From: Spironucleus salmonicida
Taxonomy: Eukaryota
Assembly (NCBI RefSeq): GCF_000497125.1
Contig: NC_090596.1
Span: 1 to 64,000 of the forward strand
Direction of reading: 5' to 3'
Length of the DNA: 64,000 nt
The position numbers and the translations under genes were made by a program. Every line of letters begins with the position of its first letter. Positions within the stretch are counted from its first letter, which is position 1. Positions 29,460 through 45,845 of this stretch are shown here, piece by piece. The notes beneath the pieces were generated by a model, which had not been told where the DNA came from, searched no databases, and worked only from the letters and a program-made list of their open reading frames with translations.

Positions 29460-32400
29460 AAGCAGTCTTCGGCATAGCCTGTGCTTGTACTCTACAGGTA
29501 AGAATACCCTTCTTAGTGCTACTGTGTACCTGGGCTCATAAGTGAATATATATTAGTAAGTATAGTAGTATATTATATAAATACAATAGTAATATACTAA
29601 ATATCCTTACAAGCACCACTCCCAATGCATATATACTACTAAACTCCAATTAAGATATTACTATATATACTATAGTATTGTATTGTCGTCAAGCACTACG
29701 CCAGTACCACTCACGCCTGCCTTGGTGCTGTCTATGGAAATACTACGTGTAGCAGTACTAGTGGTACCAACTTCAGTAGCAGGCAGGTACTACACATAGA
29801 ATATACAAACAGCATTCGGCATAGCCTGTGCTTGTACTCTACAGGTAAGAATAGCCTTCTTAGGCTACTTTGTACCTGGGCTCATAAGTGAATATATATT
29901 AGTAAGTATAGTAATGTATTATATAGATACAATAGTATATACTAAATATCCTTATAGGCACCACTCCCAATGCATATATACTATTAAACTCCATTTAAGA
30001 TATTACTATATATACTATAGTATTGTATTGTCGTCAAGCACTACGCCAGTACCACTCACGCCTACCGTGGTGCTGTCTATGGAAATACTACGTGTAGCAG
30101 TACTAGTGGTACCAACTTCAGTAGCAGGCAGGTACTACACATAGAATATACTAACAGCATTCGGCATAGCCTGTGCTTGCATTACTAGTAAGAATACCCT
30201 TCTTAGTGCTACTGTGTACCTGGGCTCATAAGTGAATATATATTAGTAAGTATAGTAATGTATTATATAGATACAATAGTATATACTAAATATCCTTATA
30301 GGCACCACTCCCAATGCATATATACTATTAAACTCCATTTAAGATATTACTATATATACTATAGTATTGTATTGTCATCGAGCACTATGCAGTACCACTC
30401 ACGCCTGCCTTGGTGCTGTCTATGGAAATACTTGGGGTACCGTACTAGTGGTACCCACTTCAGTAGCAGGCAGGTACTACACATAGAATATACAAACAGC
30501 ATTCGGCATAGCCTGTGCTTGTACTCTACAGGTAAGAATAGCCTTCTTAGGCTACTTTGTACCTGGGCTCATAAGTGAATATATATTAGTAAGTATAGTA
30601 ATGTATTATATAGATACAATAGTATATACTAAATATCCTTACAAGCACCACTCCCAATGCATATATACTACTAAACTCCAATTAAGATATTACTATATAT
30701 ACTATAGTATTGTATTGTCGTCAAGCACTACGCCAGTACCACTCACGCCTACCGTGGTGCTGTCTATGGAAATACTTGGGGTACCGTACTAGTGGTACCC
30801 ACTTCAGTAGCAGGCAGGTACTACACATAGAATATACAAACAGCATTCGGCATAGCCTGTGCTTGTACTCTACAGGTAAGAATAGCCTTCTTAGGCTACT
30901 TTGTACCTGGGCTCATAAGTGAATATATATTAGTAAGTATAGTAATGTATTATATAGATACAATAGTAATATACTAAATATCCTTACAAGCACCACTCCC
31001 AATGCATATATACTACTAAACTCCAATTAAGATATTACTATATATACTATAGTATTGTATTGTCGTCAAGCACTACGCCAGTACCACTCACGCCTGCCTT
31101 GGTGCTGTCTATGGAAATACTTGGGGTACCGTACTAGTGGTACCCACTTCAGTAGCAGGCAGGTACTACACATAGAATATACAAACAGCATTCGGCATAG
31201 CCTGTGCTTGTACTCTACAGGTAAGAATAGCCTTCTTAGGCTACTTTGTACCTGGGCTCATAAGTGAATATATATTAGTAAGTATAGTAATGTATTATAT
31301 AGATACAATAGTAATATACTAAATATCCTTACAAGCACCACTCCCAATGCATATATACTACTAAACTCCAATTAAGATATTACTATATATACTATAGTAT
31401 TGTATTGTCGTCAAGCACTACGCCAGTACCACTCACGCCTGCCTTGGTGCTGTCTATGGAAATACTACGTGTAGCAGTACTAGTGGTACCAACTTCAGTA
31501 GCAGGCAGGTACTACACATAGAATATACAAACAGCATTCGGCATAGCCTGTGCTTGTACTCTACAGGTAAGAATAGCCTTCTTAGGCTACTTTGTACATG
31601 GGCTCATAAGTGAATATATATTAGTAAGTATAGTAATGTATTATATAGATACAATAGTATATACTAAATATCCTTATAGGCACCACTCCCAATGCATATA
31701 TACTATTAAACTCCATTTAAGCTATTACTATATATAATATAGTATTGTATAATCATCCAGCACTACGCCAGTACCACTCACGCCTACCGTGGTGCTGTCT
31801 ATGGAAATACTTGGGGTACCGTACTAGTGGTACCCACTTCAGTAGCAGCCAGGTATTACACATAGAATATACAAACAGCATTCGGCATAGCCTGTGCTTG
31901 CATTACTAGTAAGAATACCCTTCTTAGTGCTACTGTGTACCTGGGCTCATAAGTGAATATATATTAGTAAGTATAGTAATGTATTATATAGATACAATAG
32001 TATATACTAAATATCCTTACAAGCACCACTCCCAATGCATATATACTATTAAACTCCATTTAAGATATTACTATATATACTATAGTATTGTATACTCATC
32101 AAGCACTATCCCAGTACCACTCACGCCTGCCTTGGTGCTATCTATGGAACTACTTGGGGTCCAGTACTAGTGGTGCCCACTTCAGTAGCAGATAGTTATT
32201 AAAGATAGAATACAAACAGTCTTCGGCATAACCTGTGCTTGCATTACTAGTAAGAATACCCTTCTTAGGCTACTGTGTACCTGGGCTCATAAGTGAATAT
32301 ATATTAGTAAGGGTAGTAGTATATTATATAAGTACAATAGTATATACTAAATATCCTTATAGGCACCACTCCCAATGCATATATACTACTAAACTCCAAT

Positions 32401-34610
32401 TAAGATATTACTATATATACTATAGTATTGTATTGTCATCAAGCACTACGCCAGTACCACTCACGCCTACCGTGGTGCTGTCTATGGAAATACTACGTGT
32501 AGCAGTACTAGTGGTACCCACTTCAGTAGCAGGCAGGTACTACACATAGAATATACAAACAGCATTCGGCATAGCCTGTGCTTGCATTACTAGTAAGAAT
32601 ACCCTTCTTAGTGCTACTGTGTACCTGGGCTCATAAGTGAATATATATTAGTAAGGGTAGTAGTATATTATATAAGTACAATAGTATATACTAAATATCC
32701 TTATAGGCACCACTCCCAATGCATATATACTACTAAACTCCAATTAAGATATTACTATATATACTATAGTATTGTATTGTCATCAAGCACTACGCCAGTA
32801 CCACTCACGCCTGCCTTGGTGCTGTCTATGGAAATACTACGTGTAGCAGTACTAGTGGTACCAACTTCAGTAGCAGGCAGGTACTACACATAGAATATAC
32901 TAACAGCATTCGGCATAGCCTGTGCTTGTACTCTACAGGTAAGAATAGCCTTCTTAGTGCTACTGTGTACCTGGGCTCATAAGTGAATATATATTAGTAA
33001 GTATAGTAATGTATTATATAGATACAATAGTATATACTAAATATCCTTATAGGCACCACTCCCAATGCATATATACTATTAAACTCCATTTAAGCTATTA
33101 CTATATATAATATAGTATTGTATAATCATCCAGCACTACGCCAGTACCACTCACGCCTACCGTGGTGCTGTCTATGGAAATACTACGTGTAGCAGTACTA
33201 GTGGTACCCACTTCAGTAGCAGGCAGGTACTACACATAGAATATACAAACAGCATTCGGCATAGCCTGTGCTTGCATTACTAGTAAGAATACCCTTCTTA
33301 GTGCTACTGTGTACCTGGGCTCATAAGTGAATATATATTAGTAAGGGTAGTAGTATATTATATAAGTACAATAGTATATACTAAATATCCTTATAGGCAC
33401 CACTCCCAATGCATATATACTACTAAACTCCAATTAAGATATTACTATATATACTATAGTATTGTATTGTCATCAAGCACTACGCCAGTACCACTCACGC
33501 CTGCCTTGGTGCTGTCTATGGAAATACTACGTGTAGCAGTACTAGTGGTACCAACTTCAGTAGCAGGCAGGTACTACACATAGAATATACTAACAGCATT
33601 CGGCATAGCCTGTGCTTGTACTCTACAGGTAAGAATAGCCTTCTTAGTGCTACTGTGTACCTGGGCTCATAAGTGAATATATATTAGTAAGTATAGTAAT
33701 GTATTATATAGATACAATAGTATATACTAAATATCCTTATAGGCACCACTCCCAATGCATATATACTATTAAACTCCATTTAAGCTATTACTATATATAA
33801 TATAGTATTGTATAATCATCCAGCACTACGCCAGTACCACTCACGCCTACCGTGGTGCTGTCTATGGAAATACTTGGGGTACCGTACTAGTGGTACCCAC
33901 TTCAGTAGCAGCCAGGTACTACACATAGAATATACTAACAGCATTCGGCATAGCCTGTGCTTGTACTCTACAGGTAAGAATAGCCTTCTTAGGCTACTTT
34001 GTACATGGGCTCATAAGTGAATATATATTAGTAAGTATAGTAATGTATTATATAGATACAATAGTATATACTAAATATCCTTATAGGCACCACTCCCAAT
34101 GCATATATACTATTAAACTCCATTTAAGCTATTACTATATATAATATAGTATTGTATAATCATCCAGCACTACGCCAGTACCACTCACGCCTACCGTGGT
34201 GCTGTCTATGGAAATACTACGTGTAGCAGTACTAGTGGTACCAACTTCAGTAGCAGGCAGGTACTACACATAGAATATACTAACAGCATTCGGCATAGCC
34301 TGTGCTTGCATTACTAGTAAGAATACCCTTCTTAGTGCTACTGTGTACCTGGGCTCATAAGTGAATATATATTAGTAAGTATAGTAATGTATTATATAGA
34401 TACAATAGTATATACTAAATATCCTTATAGGCACCACTCCCAATGCATATATACTATTAAACTCCATTTAAGATATTACTATATATACTATAGTATTGTA
34501 TTGTCATCGAGCACTATGCAGTACCACTCACGCCTGCCTTGGTGCTGTCTATGGAAATACTTGGGGTACCGTACTAGTGGTACCGACTTCACTAGCAGGC
34601 AGGTATGCCA
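29460..34610. repeat. ~345-bp satellite array 3a (about 15 units)
   Basis: Unit marker recurs every ~341-347 bp from ~29470 to ~34291. Confidence 0.95.
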
Positions 34611-34949
34611 AATATGAAGGTTAAGCCATTATACACTATGCCAACAGCATCGACTCAGGCTCGCAGCACCAAAATGTGGAAGGCCTAAGCTAGCATAAGT
34701 CCAACCCTATTCTTGCTAAATTATGATATTGCTACCTCGCTGGGTCCTGACCACCAGCTAGCGCCATCTCGTCACCCTGATAGCCACACTCTCGCTGACC
34801 TCGCTTTGGTAAAACTCATCCTAGCGAGTCGTCGTTACCATTTAAAACTCATCTATCCCTAGGCTTCGGTCTTAAGCAGCATACCGGGTGAGACTGCAGA
34901 GTATCATTTTTGATAGATTATGCATCATCCGGGTATTAAAGATATAATA

Positions 34950-35285
34950 CAATCAGTCTTCGGCACAACCTGTGCTTGCATTACTAGTAAGAATAGCCTT
35001 CTTAGGCTACTGTGCACCTGGGCTCATAAGTGAATATATATTAGTAAGTATAGTAATGTATTATATAGATACAATAGTAATATATTATATATCCTTATAG
35101 GCACCACTCCCAATGCATATATACTACTAAACTCCAATTAAGATATTACTATATATACTATAGTATTGTATAATCATCCAGCACTACGCCAGTACCACTC
35201 ACGCCTGCCTTGGTGCTGTCTATGGAAATACTTGGGGTACCGTACTAGTGGTACCCACTTCACTAGCAGCCAGCTATGACAAATA
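34950..35285. repeat. Satellite array 3b (1 unit) inside a re-duplicated left-flank/unit/right-flank cassette
   Basis: One unit, preceded by a right-flank to left-flank junction (~34610-34950) and followed by a second right flank. Confidence 0.85.
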
Positions 35286-38200
35286 TGAAGGTTAAGCCAT
35301 TATACACTATGCCAACAGCATCACTCAGGCTCGTAGCACCAAAATGTGGAAGGCCTAAGCTAGCATAATCTCAGTCCTGTTCTTAATAAATTATGATATT
35401 GCTACCTCGCTGGGGCCTGACCACCAGCTAGCGCTATCCTCGTCACCCTAATAACCACATTTCCACTTGCCCTCTTCGCTCCCAGATCTCTAGATTTCGT
35501 GCAGCTCATGCAACTTTGTCCCTAATAAATTCCCTTCAGTGTAAAATTCGCTCTCGCGCTCTCGAGATTCCATGCAGTTATGGACCAAATTTCCGCGAAA
35601 ATTTCACGAATCTATCAACCTTAAATCGGTGCAATCGGCGATTTTGCAGAATTAAAAACCGTACCGTTTGGGACATCTTGACGATGCTGCTTTTAAACTT
35701 CTGAGGATCGGTTTGCAGGGTGCTTTGGATTTACTCTTGGCGGTATCAGAAATGATGAAATAGTGATAAATGGAGGTATGATAGGTACATTCGATATGTA
35801 GTGGATAGCATTAGCTAAATGGCGCTTGTGAATTGTCTGGGTAACTTATTGAACGCATTTTGAAGGAATAGCATTTTAGTTAAATTTAATGTATAATAAA
35901 ATATGAAATCTCGATTTTTAAAGCGCTTCCGCTATCGATGGGAGGCTGCGACATTTAAGACTTTAAAATTACTGCTCTGATAATTAAAATTATATCATAT
36001 GATATATTATAAAAATAAGCATAGCTAATGTTATTATATAGGGAAACTCAAATTATACATATGAGCAGATTTAGTTATATTTATATTTACTTGTGTAGGT
36101 TTTTGTTTACTGAGTATACAATATTAGTATTTAATATATATTGCAAATATATAGCATTATTTTATATCAAAAATTCAGGTTAAAACTAAGGAGCTCTAAA
36201 TATTTGATATTCTTATAATTCATAGCATATTTGGGACTCAAAACCAGAATCTTATATCCTATGGAATGCATTAGCAACAATTTAGTGCATAGTGCTAGGG
36301 GTAAATTTGATACTGTGCAGGATTAGTTAAGTTAAATACATCATGCAGATCATGTCTAATACTGAGTAAACGATATTTACCTAAACTAGTATTGTAATTA
36401 TTACCAACTGCATCGAAATATACTAATTATGGGTAAGCTTTTAAATCTATTTTGTATTTAGTTTCTATATGCCAGCTAATTACCTACTGTGCGCCTTGCT
36501 AATATATTATATATCTGCATAGTTATAAAATACCCAAGTAGTAAAATAAGCGCTCTAGCAGCCCAAGATATCAGGATCACTCCTCTCAAATACATAGAGC
36601 AATATAATGCTACACGAATAATATATTTAGTAAGATCTCTTTACATCTCTTGGCGAATCTCACATCCTGAGCACCTACTGATACATCTTGCACAAATAAT
36701 TTCACTTGCTTTTAGTATTGTTACTCTGATTCGCTCTGCTAACTCCTATCTACTAAAATAATCGTATATCCTACACTATCACGGATGTTCCAAAGCAGAG
36801 AACCTATTGCTCTATTATGAGTTTGATTACCTATTTGCTACACTAGTTCGGTATAAATTTTGCAAAGCTTACAGTTAGTATAATTTTTATACTTGCTTAC
36901 CCTAATCCATATAAGATGTATCCCAACTCAGCTAGTTCCGTTGAGTGTGTGATAGCAGTCTCTCATATATTATCATAAGTGGTTAGTCTTTAACCTAAAC
37001 ATTTCGATAATCTAGATAGCTAGTATCTAGTGAACGTGAAAACTGCTAGGCTTAAGATAACTGCTAATTTATTATGTATTATTTATTTTAATATATAAGC
37101 AATAATCAGTTATAAATTTTCGAAACCCTCGCTCGATTTAGTTTTGCTAGATTATCGAAATATCCGGTAATACTTTCCAATATATAGCATAGCAGTATAA
37201 CATAAGTACAAGTGAACATCAGATTGAATAATGCTATAGTCATTACTAAGCATTTAACAAATTAGTCTTTGCATGATATGCATCTTTCCTAGTCTAAATC
37301 AGCCGTACTTCTAGTTATAATTTTATTTTATAAACTGTTACAGTCTCGCGATCAATTACTATAAATTGAAATAGTTACTATGTCATTTTAATCATCAAAA
37401 TAATATTTTTGATAATATTCTAAATATTTTTACTTAATTTTATATTCCTTTATTCGTATAATTTTTTCAAAAACTTCTCCGGTAATGATGGTAGTACGAT
37501 TTCTAGGGTCTAATTTAATCTGGTGTTGATTTTAATAAAATGATTTGTGTTTCCTTTGCTGCTATGAATAGATCTATAAATTAACGAATTAGTATACTTT
37601 CACCTACGCCTCCCAGACGTCTAAACAATTTACCATTTTCGTATTCCGTTAAAATCATAGTTACGAAACATGTATATATTAATGAGATTTATGCAAACTA
37701 GAGACTTTACACTAAATAATCAATTAACTCTATACTTGTGCATCCTTTGGTGGCTGCCTGTGAGTGCTAACCATTAGGCTTAAGGAGTCTTATATATGAA
37801 AATGCTGTAAATCATGAATGTGATCCAAAATACTTTATCCTCAGCACTTCTGTACATATAGCACCAAGCATCTAGACTCATACTATTTTTAACCCACTAG
37901 ACTTGATTAGCATAACCTACAATTAAAATACTGTTCATTGTTAGTAGTTACGGCAGAAAGTCTTTCGACTGAGCAGCTAGATGTGCACAGAGGTTTCTTT
38001 TCAGCTAAATATCGTAGTCAATTCTGCTAAAATTAGCATAAACATTTTTACTACTGTACTATAACTTAGAATGCTAGTAAAGTCACTTATTCTTATACAC
38101 AACTCTAGAACTCCACATGGCTCTCGGGAATACAAAATTCTAGTAAACAATTTATATAGGAATTTAGAGTTAGATATAGTTACATTGGAGAATACAATGT

Positions 38201-38444
38201 TAATGGTAACATTCTCGACAGCACTGCGCAACGACCTAGTAAAAACATATCTTCCCCTTAGGTATCCATTTAGGTATTTGATTTTAGCAAAGCATGCAAT
38301 TACAATTTGTAGACATTATAATAACTATATACTTGTTATATAGGAGATAAATGATTCCATTTTTTAGTTTAAGCATATCATTAATCCTGCCTATACCTGC
38401 TAATGGTACTGAAACTATCTCATTTGATTATTTATTTTTGAAAA

Positions 38445-39184
<740 letters not shown>

Positions 39185-39186
39185 AA

Positions 39187-42100
39187 TCAATCCTTAATCG
39201 ATGGCTTTTGCACTGGTTCTTATCGTGTATCAAAACTTGACATATGCTTGACGCAAAATATAGTCTAGCTTTTAAATTTTCGCTAAAATACTACACTTAA
39301 TTACATTTAGTCTAAGAGCTAAGATACAGCAATCTTCTCTTTGAAAGTAAACTAAAAGTAAGTAAAATTATTTTTAATTTTCAGTATGCTAAATAGATTA
39401 TTTAATTTTGCAATCATAAACGATGGATCTTTAATAAATCTAAGATCTAGTAAAATAATAGTGTAGGGTTTTTATTTTAACAAAAACTTATCGCAACAAA
39501 AGATTGTTTGTCTAGAATCGAATACCTAATTAAAAAAGCTTAGTTCCTGTACGGGCTCTACACTCACCATACCAGTTAAGTTAGGCAAGCTAGTCTCAAT
39601 GTTTAGGTCTTCAGATTTCTTGACAAATATGTAAATCTTGCCTAAATAGTTGACTATGCTAAATTCATGCTTCTTCTGAATAAAACTATCGAAAATAGTG
39701 ATGTACTCATCTTCTTATGTCAACTAATAGAACTGATACTTTCTACTGTCGTTGGTTAGGTCTAAAATTTTTTTAATACGCTCATCATTTTTAGCTTTCT
39801 CTTTCTCTTGCTCCTGCGTAACTAACGCAGATGCACTCATATAGAGCATATCATTATCATTTTCCTCACCAGTATATTTAAAGATCAAATCTGCCGTTTT
39901 TGAATCCAGACCTATCTGTAATACATTTTTAAGGCCAAATGGCATGATTTTTTAGTTCAGGAAGTCCGGTATATGGTGTCCATACTCTACTGGCAACACA
40001 TAACAACCTTCTATCATTTCTAATGGTAAAGTAATATCGTCATACCCATGGAATGTGATGATGAAATCAAAAATTTTGTGATCTTGATCTAGTACATGTT
40101 AAAAACACAACTATTTATCAAACGGGATTATTATAATTAACGATGTAATTTTTTCTTATCTTACTAAAATCTCGAATGCTTCGCGCGCAGCCTATACTGA
40201 GTCTTTGAGTATTTAGTTATATACAGCTGCATCCTCCCCTTTGTGATCATAAGCCCTGTTGTTATCACTAAATTCATGTAGCGCATAATCTAGCGTTGGA
40301 TTCAAGAACATGATTTATTGATCGTCTTGCGCAAATGCTTCCACCAGATTTTAATAAAAGGTTATTTTTATCTTATTATTGACAATAGCCTGTACATATA
40401 CACTTCTGCAGTTTAGAGTCTGCATAACCTTCTTCAAATTCTCGAGTAAAGTATTAGACTGCCTGGAAATAATCATAACTAGCAAAATGGCATTCAAAAA
40501 CTCTAATAGGATACTTCGACTAAAAAACTTGGAAAGGTCTTACGACAAGGACTGAATTTTTTCTGCTTTGAATATATTTTACGAAAACGTTTCAATAAAT
40601 TTCGTCATCAGCTGATAGTTTAAAACGGCCACTACTTCTGAGTTTAGCGTTGTCGATGCTATACAACTAATATTGTATTGAGCACTATTATTCAATAAAT
40701 CAAATTTGTGTGTACCTTTATTCAGTACAAAATTTTTAACTTCATCAACATCTTTGCTTATAATAATATTTTCGAAAGTCTAGGTAAGACTGCACATCTA
40801 ATATACGTCGACTTTCACATTGTTCACAGTAATTTTGTGACGCTTAACGCCATTAAAATTATTAAGTTGTTTTGACTCTTTGTCTTTGAGGAACCATATA
40901 GAAGGGCATATGGAAGAACACATGAACTACATCTCAACCGACTTTTCCGTCATCATCGAGTACAGCAGCGATACCAAAATTGGTGTTTCTTCAGCAAATT
41001 TATTGACTCTACCTGGTATAGCATCTACAGCCTAGGTATAACCAGCAGCATCCACTACCACCCGGCGCTGCTCGTACTGAAAGCTAGACAGCAATGACGC
41101 ATGAGGCTGAACATATCCTAATATCTATGCGTTAATATACTTTACGCCCACTCTGCTTGATAAGATATTATAGGAAAATTAATTGACTGTAAGGAAATTT
41201 ATGACGGTAAGGTCTGTTCCCACCATTATAACCGTAACATAATCAAAATTAGGTGTCTCGTATTTAGTACTGTATTTTTCAACCATTTTTGGTAGTTTTT
41301 CAATCATCAATTATAGATTTTAATGTAAATTCTTTGTATTTATATTCATAAAATATTCGCATATTAAAGACTGGACTGAAGAAGACCAATATTATTTTAG
41401 CATGCCCTGCTAACCTTTAGAGGAAGTATTCTCACCAGTAGTTTTTTCTTCTTTTTTATCCTTGGATAACTAGTCATCCACTTAGCTCTCTTCAATTTTC
41501 TTAAATGCAATAACTGAAAATGTTTTCCAAAACGCTGTTTCGACCCCTCTGGGGTTAAATAATTAAAGAATCAATTTGTAGAAATTCGTTTCAAAATCCT
41601 AATAGTACTGAACCCGATTCCTGTAAGACACCATTCCCTTAAAGAATATTTATCTAAATTTTGTTCTGTTCCTAATATTCAATATCTGCGGTGAGTAAAC
41701 AACTAACTCGTCAAGAATGTCGTAATCAGCAATCTCGAGGCGAAGGTACTCCATAGCTATGAGAATATACTCTGATTTTCCTAGTATGTTATTAAGAGAT
41801 TTAAAATATTCTATTATAACTTATTGGTTGGACTGCATAATACTAAATATCTCATTTTTTTGCTTAAACTATATACTGGTTATGATGTCTTCAAGAGTTT
41901 GGTACAAGTCTATACCTTTATTTTAGAATCGACCTGTCACACTAAGTTAGTTCAGTTTTTGCTTTGCTGCTACCAACAAGTTAATGTTCAGAAGGTGTGA
42001 AATAACATTGATAGCTAAATTATATTTTTTGTTTTTGACATCTCCTAATATGTCTATCTTTTAAAATTCTTGAATAGAAAGTGTTGCTTAAATCTTAGCA

Positions 42101-43626
42101 TACCGTTTCTTACCTAACTTGATTAGCTTTTTCTCGTAATATACGAACAATAACTGACACAACTTAACGCATTTCGAAAATTTCTCCTTCTATGATTGCA
42201 AGCACTCATCTACCAAAATGATAGGGTGTTTCAATTATATATTATTTCGCCTTTGTTATTCAAGTAATACTTAGTCTATATCATTTATAATATTTGCAGT
42301 ATCTATAATGAAAAAAGAAGCTAGTTTTAGTTAATCGAATTGCAACTATATAGAATTATCGTATTTTAGCTTTTGAACTAATTACAAGTTGCCCTCAATT
42401 TTGTTAATAAATAGAATCATACTCTAGTAAATAAAAGACATCTAGTCTAAGCTTTCCAACTGAAAGGTATGGAATTTACAAACATCAGCAAGTACTTTTT
42501 CTTTGTAATTTTTTAAATCCTGCAACTCGAATATATTTTTATACTTATCAACTAGTTGCTCGTGAAATGAGTGTGTCCTGTACATATATAGAGGTTAGTC
42601 ATCAGATCCTTCCTTATTGAGCAAAATTGGAACATTTCCCTTCAGGAGGTGGAAAAAGTACTGCGTGTAGAGAGCTACGCTTTTCCCAGACCTGGAACTC
42701 TGGCTTATGACAGCATTCGTAAGCGTGTCTGTTACTTCATTTCCAATCAACGAGAATATTGCAAAATACTCCGCCTTGAAGAGGTAGGACACGTGGCAGA
42801 GCTGCTGGAACATGAACAGGCAGATCCCGGTGCCGAGAAAGTGGAAGGGGAGCTGGAACAGGTTGATAAGGTCAAACTTATCCAACTATGGTTTTTCTTT
42901 TTCTGTGAATGACTCTCCCTTGTAAATCTTATTCGATACCTCAAATATCTTTTTAAGCAAAGCCAAGTCTTCACCATACACATCTATTACAATAACATTG
43001 TTTTTTAAATCATTAAACTAAGTATCATACAACCTGAATGCCGAGTACCCAAAAATCAACGGCAGAATTAGAGGATACTTACCTACCTTCTGGTACTTAA
43101 TAGCTGCTAGCTGCAACAGTACCTGATTTTCATGAAAATCAATTTTCTTTATACTTTTAGGCTAAAGAATCTTTTTCGTGTCAAAACTATTGTATAGCGA
43201 AAAGTACTGTAAATGGTAGTCTTTAATGCTCTTTGCAAATTTAGCAAAAGAAGGTTTTCGTGTGGATTTTATCGAAAGAACCCTAAGCCCCATCTGTGCT
43301 GCAACTAGGCCTATATTGTCCCAAAATTTTGGATCTCGCGAGTTAATTATCTTTTTTAATTATGATATCTAAAACAGCATATTCTGAGCTATTTTCCCCA
43401 GCTTCTTGTAGAGCAGGACGACCTAGACCGCGCACAGCTACTCTTTCGTTGTAATAGTTGCACGTAGAATATATTACTATTGACCATCAAGCTAGATTGA
43501 TTGACTAATTTCATTATCTCTTATGGTAAACTTAATCTATAAAATAGTGTTACTAACTATGACATTTTTATTAGCATCAACTGAAAATGGAATAGCGTCA
43601 AACTCGATAGATAAATCTGCAGTCAT
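39187..43626 (-). CDS. Crinkler/RHS-like P-loop NTPase + putative REase protein, internal copy C (1479 aa)
   Basis: ATG 43626 (MTADLSIEFDAIPFSVD) to TGA at 39187. Same length and motifs as copies A and B, with a mosaic 5' end. Confidence 0.85.
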
Positions 43627-44129
43627 TTAAGAAGGAAATAGGAAAGATGTAAAGTAAAATATATCAATATTATACATTAATATAATATTATAATTTGAAG
43701 AAAAAACTCTACTTGCATTTATAATACATAATTTAATACATATTATAATTAATGAATGTTAAGCGTTTTACGAACTAAAAAGTATGAAATGAACTCGTGT
43801 GACTTTTCCATCTGCCTTTAAGCACTAGTATGGAATTACTAATATACAATACTACTTAACTATCACGCATTCTTAGTGAATGTATGAGTTTCCTAAAAAT
43901 ACGTTAGCTCATACGCTATGCATGATCCCACGCATCCCTATCGTTACTAGATCCAATAAGTACCATCTTCTGCTGACTTTGCTGCCCTTTGGTAAAACTC
44001 ATCCTAGCGAGTCGTCGTTACCATCTAAAATTCATCCATCCCTATGCTTCGGTCTTAAGCAGCATACCGAGTGAGACTGTAGAATATCATTTTTGATAGA
44101 TTATGCATCATGCGGGTATTAAAGATAAA

Positions 44130-45845
44130 ATACAAGCAGTCTTCGGCATAGCCTGTGCTTGCATTACTAGTGAGAATACCCTTCCTAGTGTACTGTGCAC
44201 CTGGGCTCATAAGTGAATATATATTAGTAAGTATAGTAATGTATTATATAGATACAATAGTATATACTAAATATCCTTACAAGCACCACTCCCAATGCAT
44301 ATATACTATTAAACTCCATTTAAGATATTACTATATATACTATAGTATTGTATTGTCGTCAAGCACTACGCCAGTACCACTCACGCCTGCCTTGGTGCTG
44401 TCTATGGAAATACTACGTGTAGCAGTACTAGTGGTACCCACTTCAGTAGCAGGCAGGTACTACACATAGAATATACAAACAGCATTCGGCATAGCCTGTG
44501 CTTGTACTCTACTAGTGAGAATAGCCTTCCTAGTGCTACTGTGCACCTGGGCTCATAAGTGAATATATATTAGTAAGTATAGTAGTATATTATATAAGTA
44601 CAATAGTAATATACTAAATATCCTTATAGGCACCACTCCCAATGCATACATACTACTAAACTCCAATTAAGTTATTACTATATATACTATAGTATTGCAT
44701 AATCATCAAGCACTATCCCAGTACCACTCACGCCTACCGTGGTGCTGTCTATGGAACTACTTGGGGTACCAGTACTGGTGGTACCCAGTTCAGTAGCAGG
44801 CAGGTACTACACATAGAATATACTAACAGCATTCGGCATAGCCTGTGCTTGTACTCTACAGGTAAGAATAGCCTTCTTAGGCTACTTTGTACCTGGGCTC
44901 ATAAGTGAATATATATTAGTAAGTATAGTAATGTATTATATAGATACAATAGTATATACTAAATATCCTTATAGGCACCACTCCCAATGCATATATACTA
45001 TTAAACTCCATTTAAGATATTACTATATATACTATAGTATTGTATTGTCATCGAGCACTATGCAGTACCACTCACGCCTACCGTGGTGCTGTCTATGGAA
45101 ATACTTGGGGTACCGTACTAGTGGTACCCACTTCAGTAGCAGGCAGGTACTACACATAGAATATACAAACAGCATTCGGCATAGCCTGTGCTTGCATTAC
45201 TAGTAAGAATACCCTTCTTAGTGCTACTGTGTACCTGGGCTCATAAGTGAATATATATTAGTAAGTATAGTAGTATATTATATAAATACAATAGTAATAT
45301 ACTAAATATCCTTACAAGCACCACTCCCAATGCATATATACTAATAAACTCCATTTAAGATATTACTATATATACTATAGTATTGTATTGTCGTCAAGCA
45401 CTACGCCAGTACCACTCACGCCTGCCTTGGTGCTGTCTATGGAAATACTACGTGTAGCAGTACTAGTGGTACCAACTTCAGTAGCAGGCAGGTACTACAC
45501 ATAGAATATACTAACAGCATTCGGCATAGCCTGTGCTTGTACTCTACAGGTAAGAATAGCCTTCTTAGGCTACTTTGTACCTGGGCTCATAAGTGAATAT
45601 ATATTAGTAAGTATAGTAATGTATTATATAGATACAATAGTATATACTAAATATCCTTATAGGCACCACTCCCAATGCATATATACTATTAAACTCCATT
45701 TAAGCTATTACTATATATAATATAGTATTGTATAATCATCCAGCACTACGCCAGTACCACTCACGCCTACCGTGGTGCTGTCTATGGAAATACTTGGGGT
45801 ACCGTACTAGTGGTACCGACTTCACTAGCAGGCAGGTATGCCAAA
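44130..45845. repeat. ~345-bp satellite array 4a (5 units)
   Basis: Unit marker at ~44144, 44487, 44834, 45177 and 45522. Confidence 0.93.

Noticed and set aside
29460-34610. CRISPR-like array
   Set aside because: Whole ~345-bp units repeat with no unique spacers, there are no cas genes, and the context is eukaryotic and telomeric.
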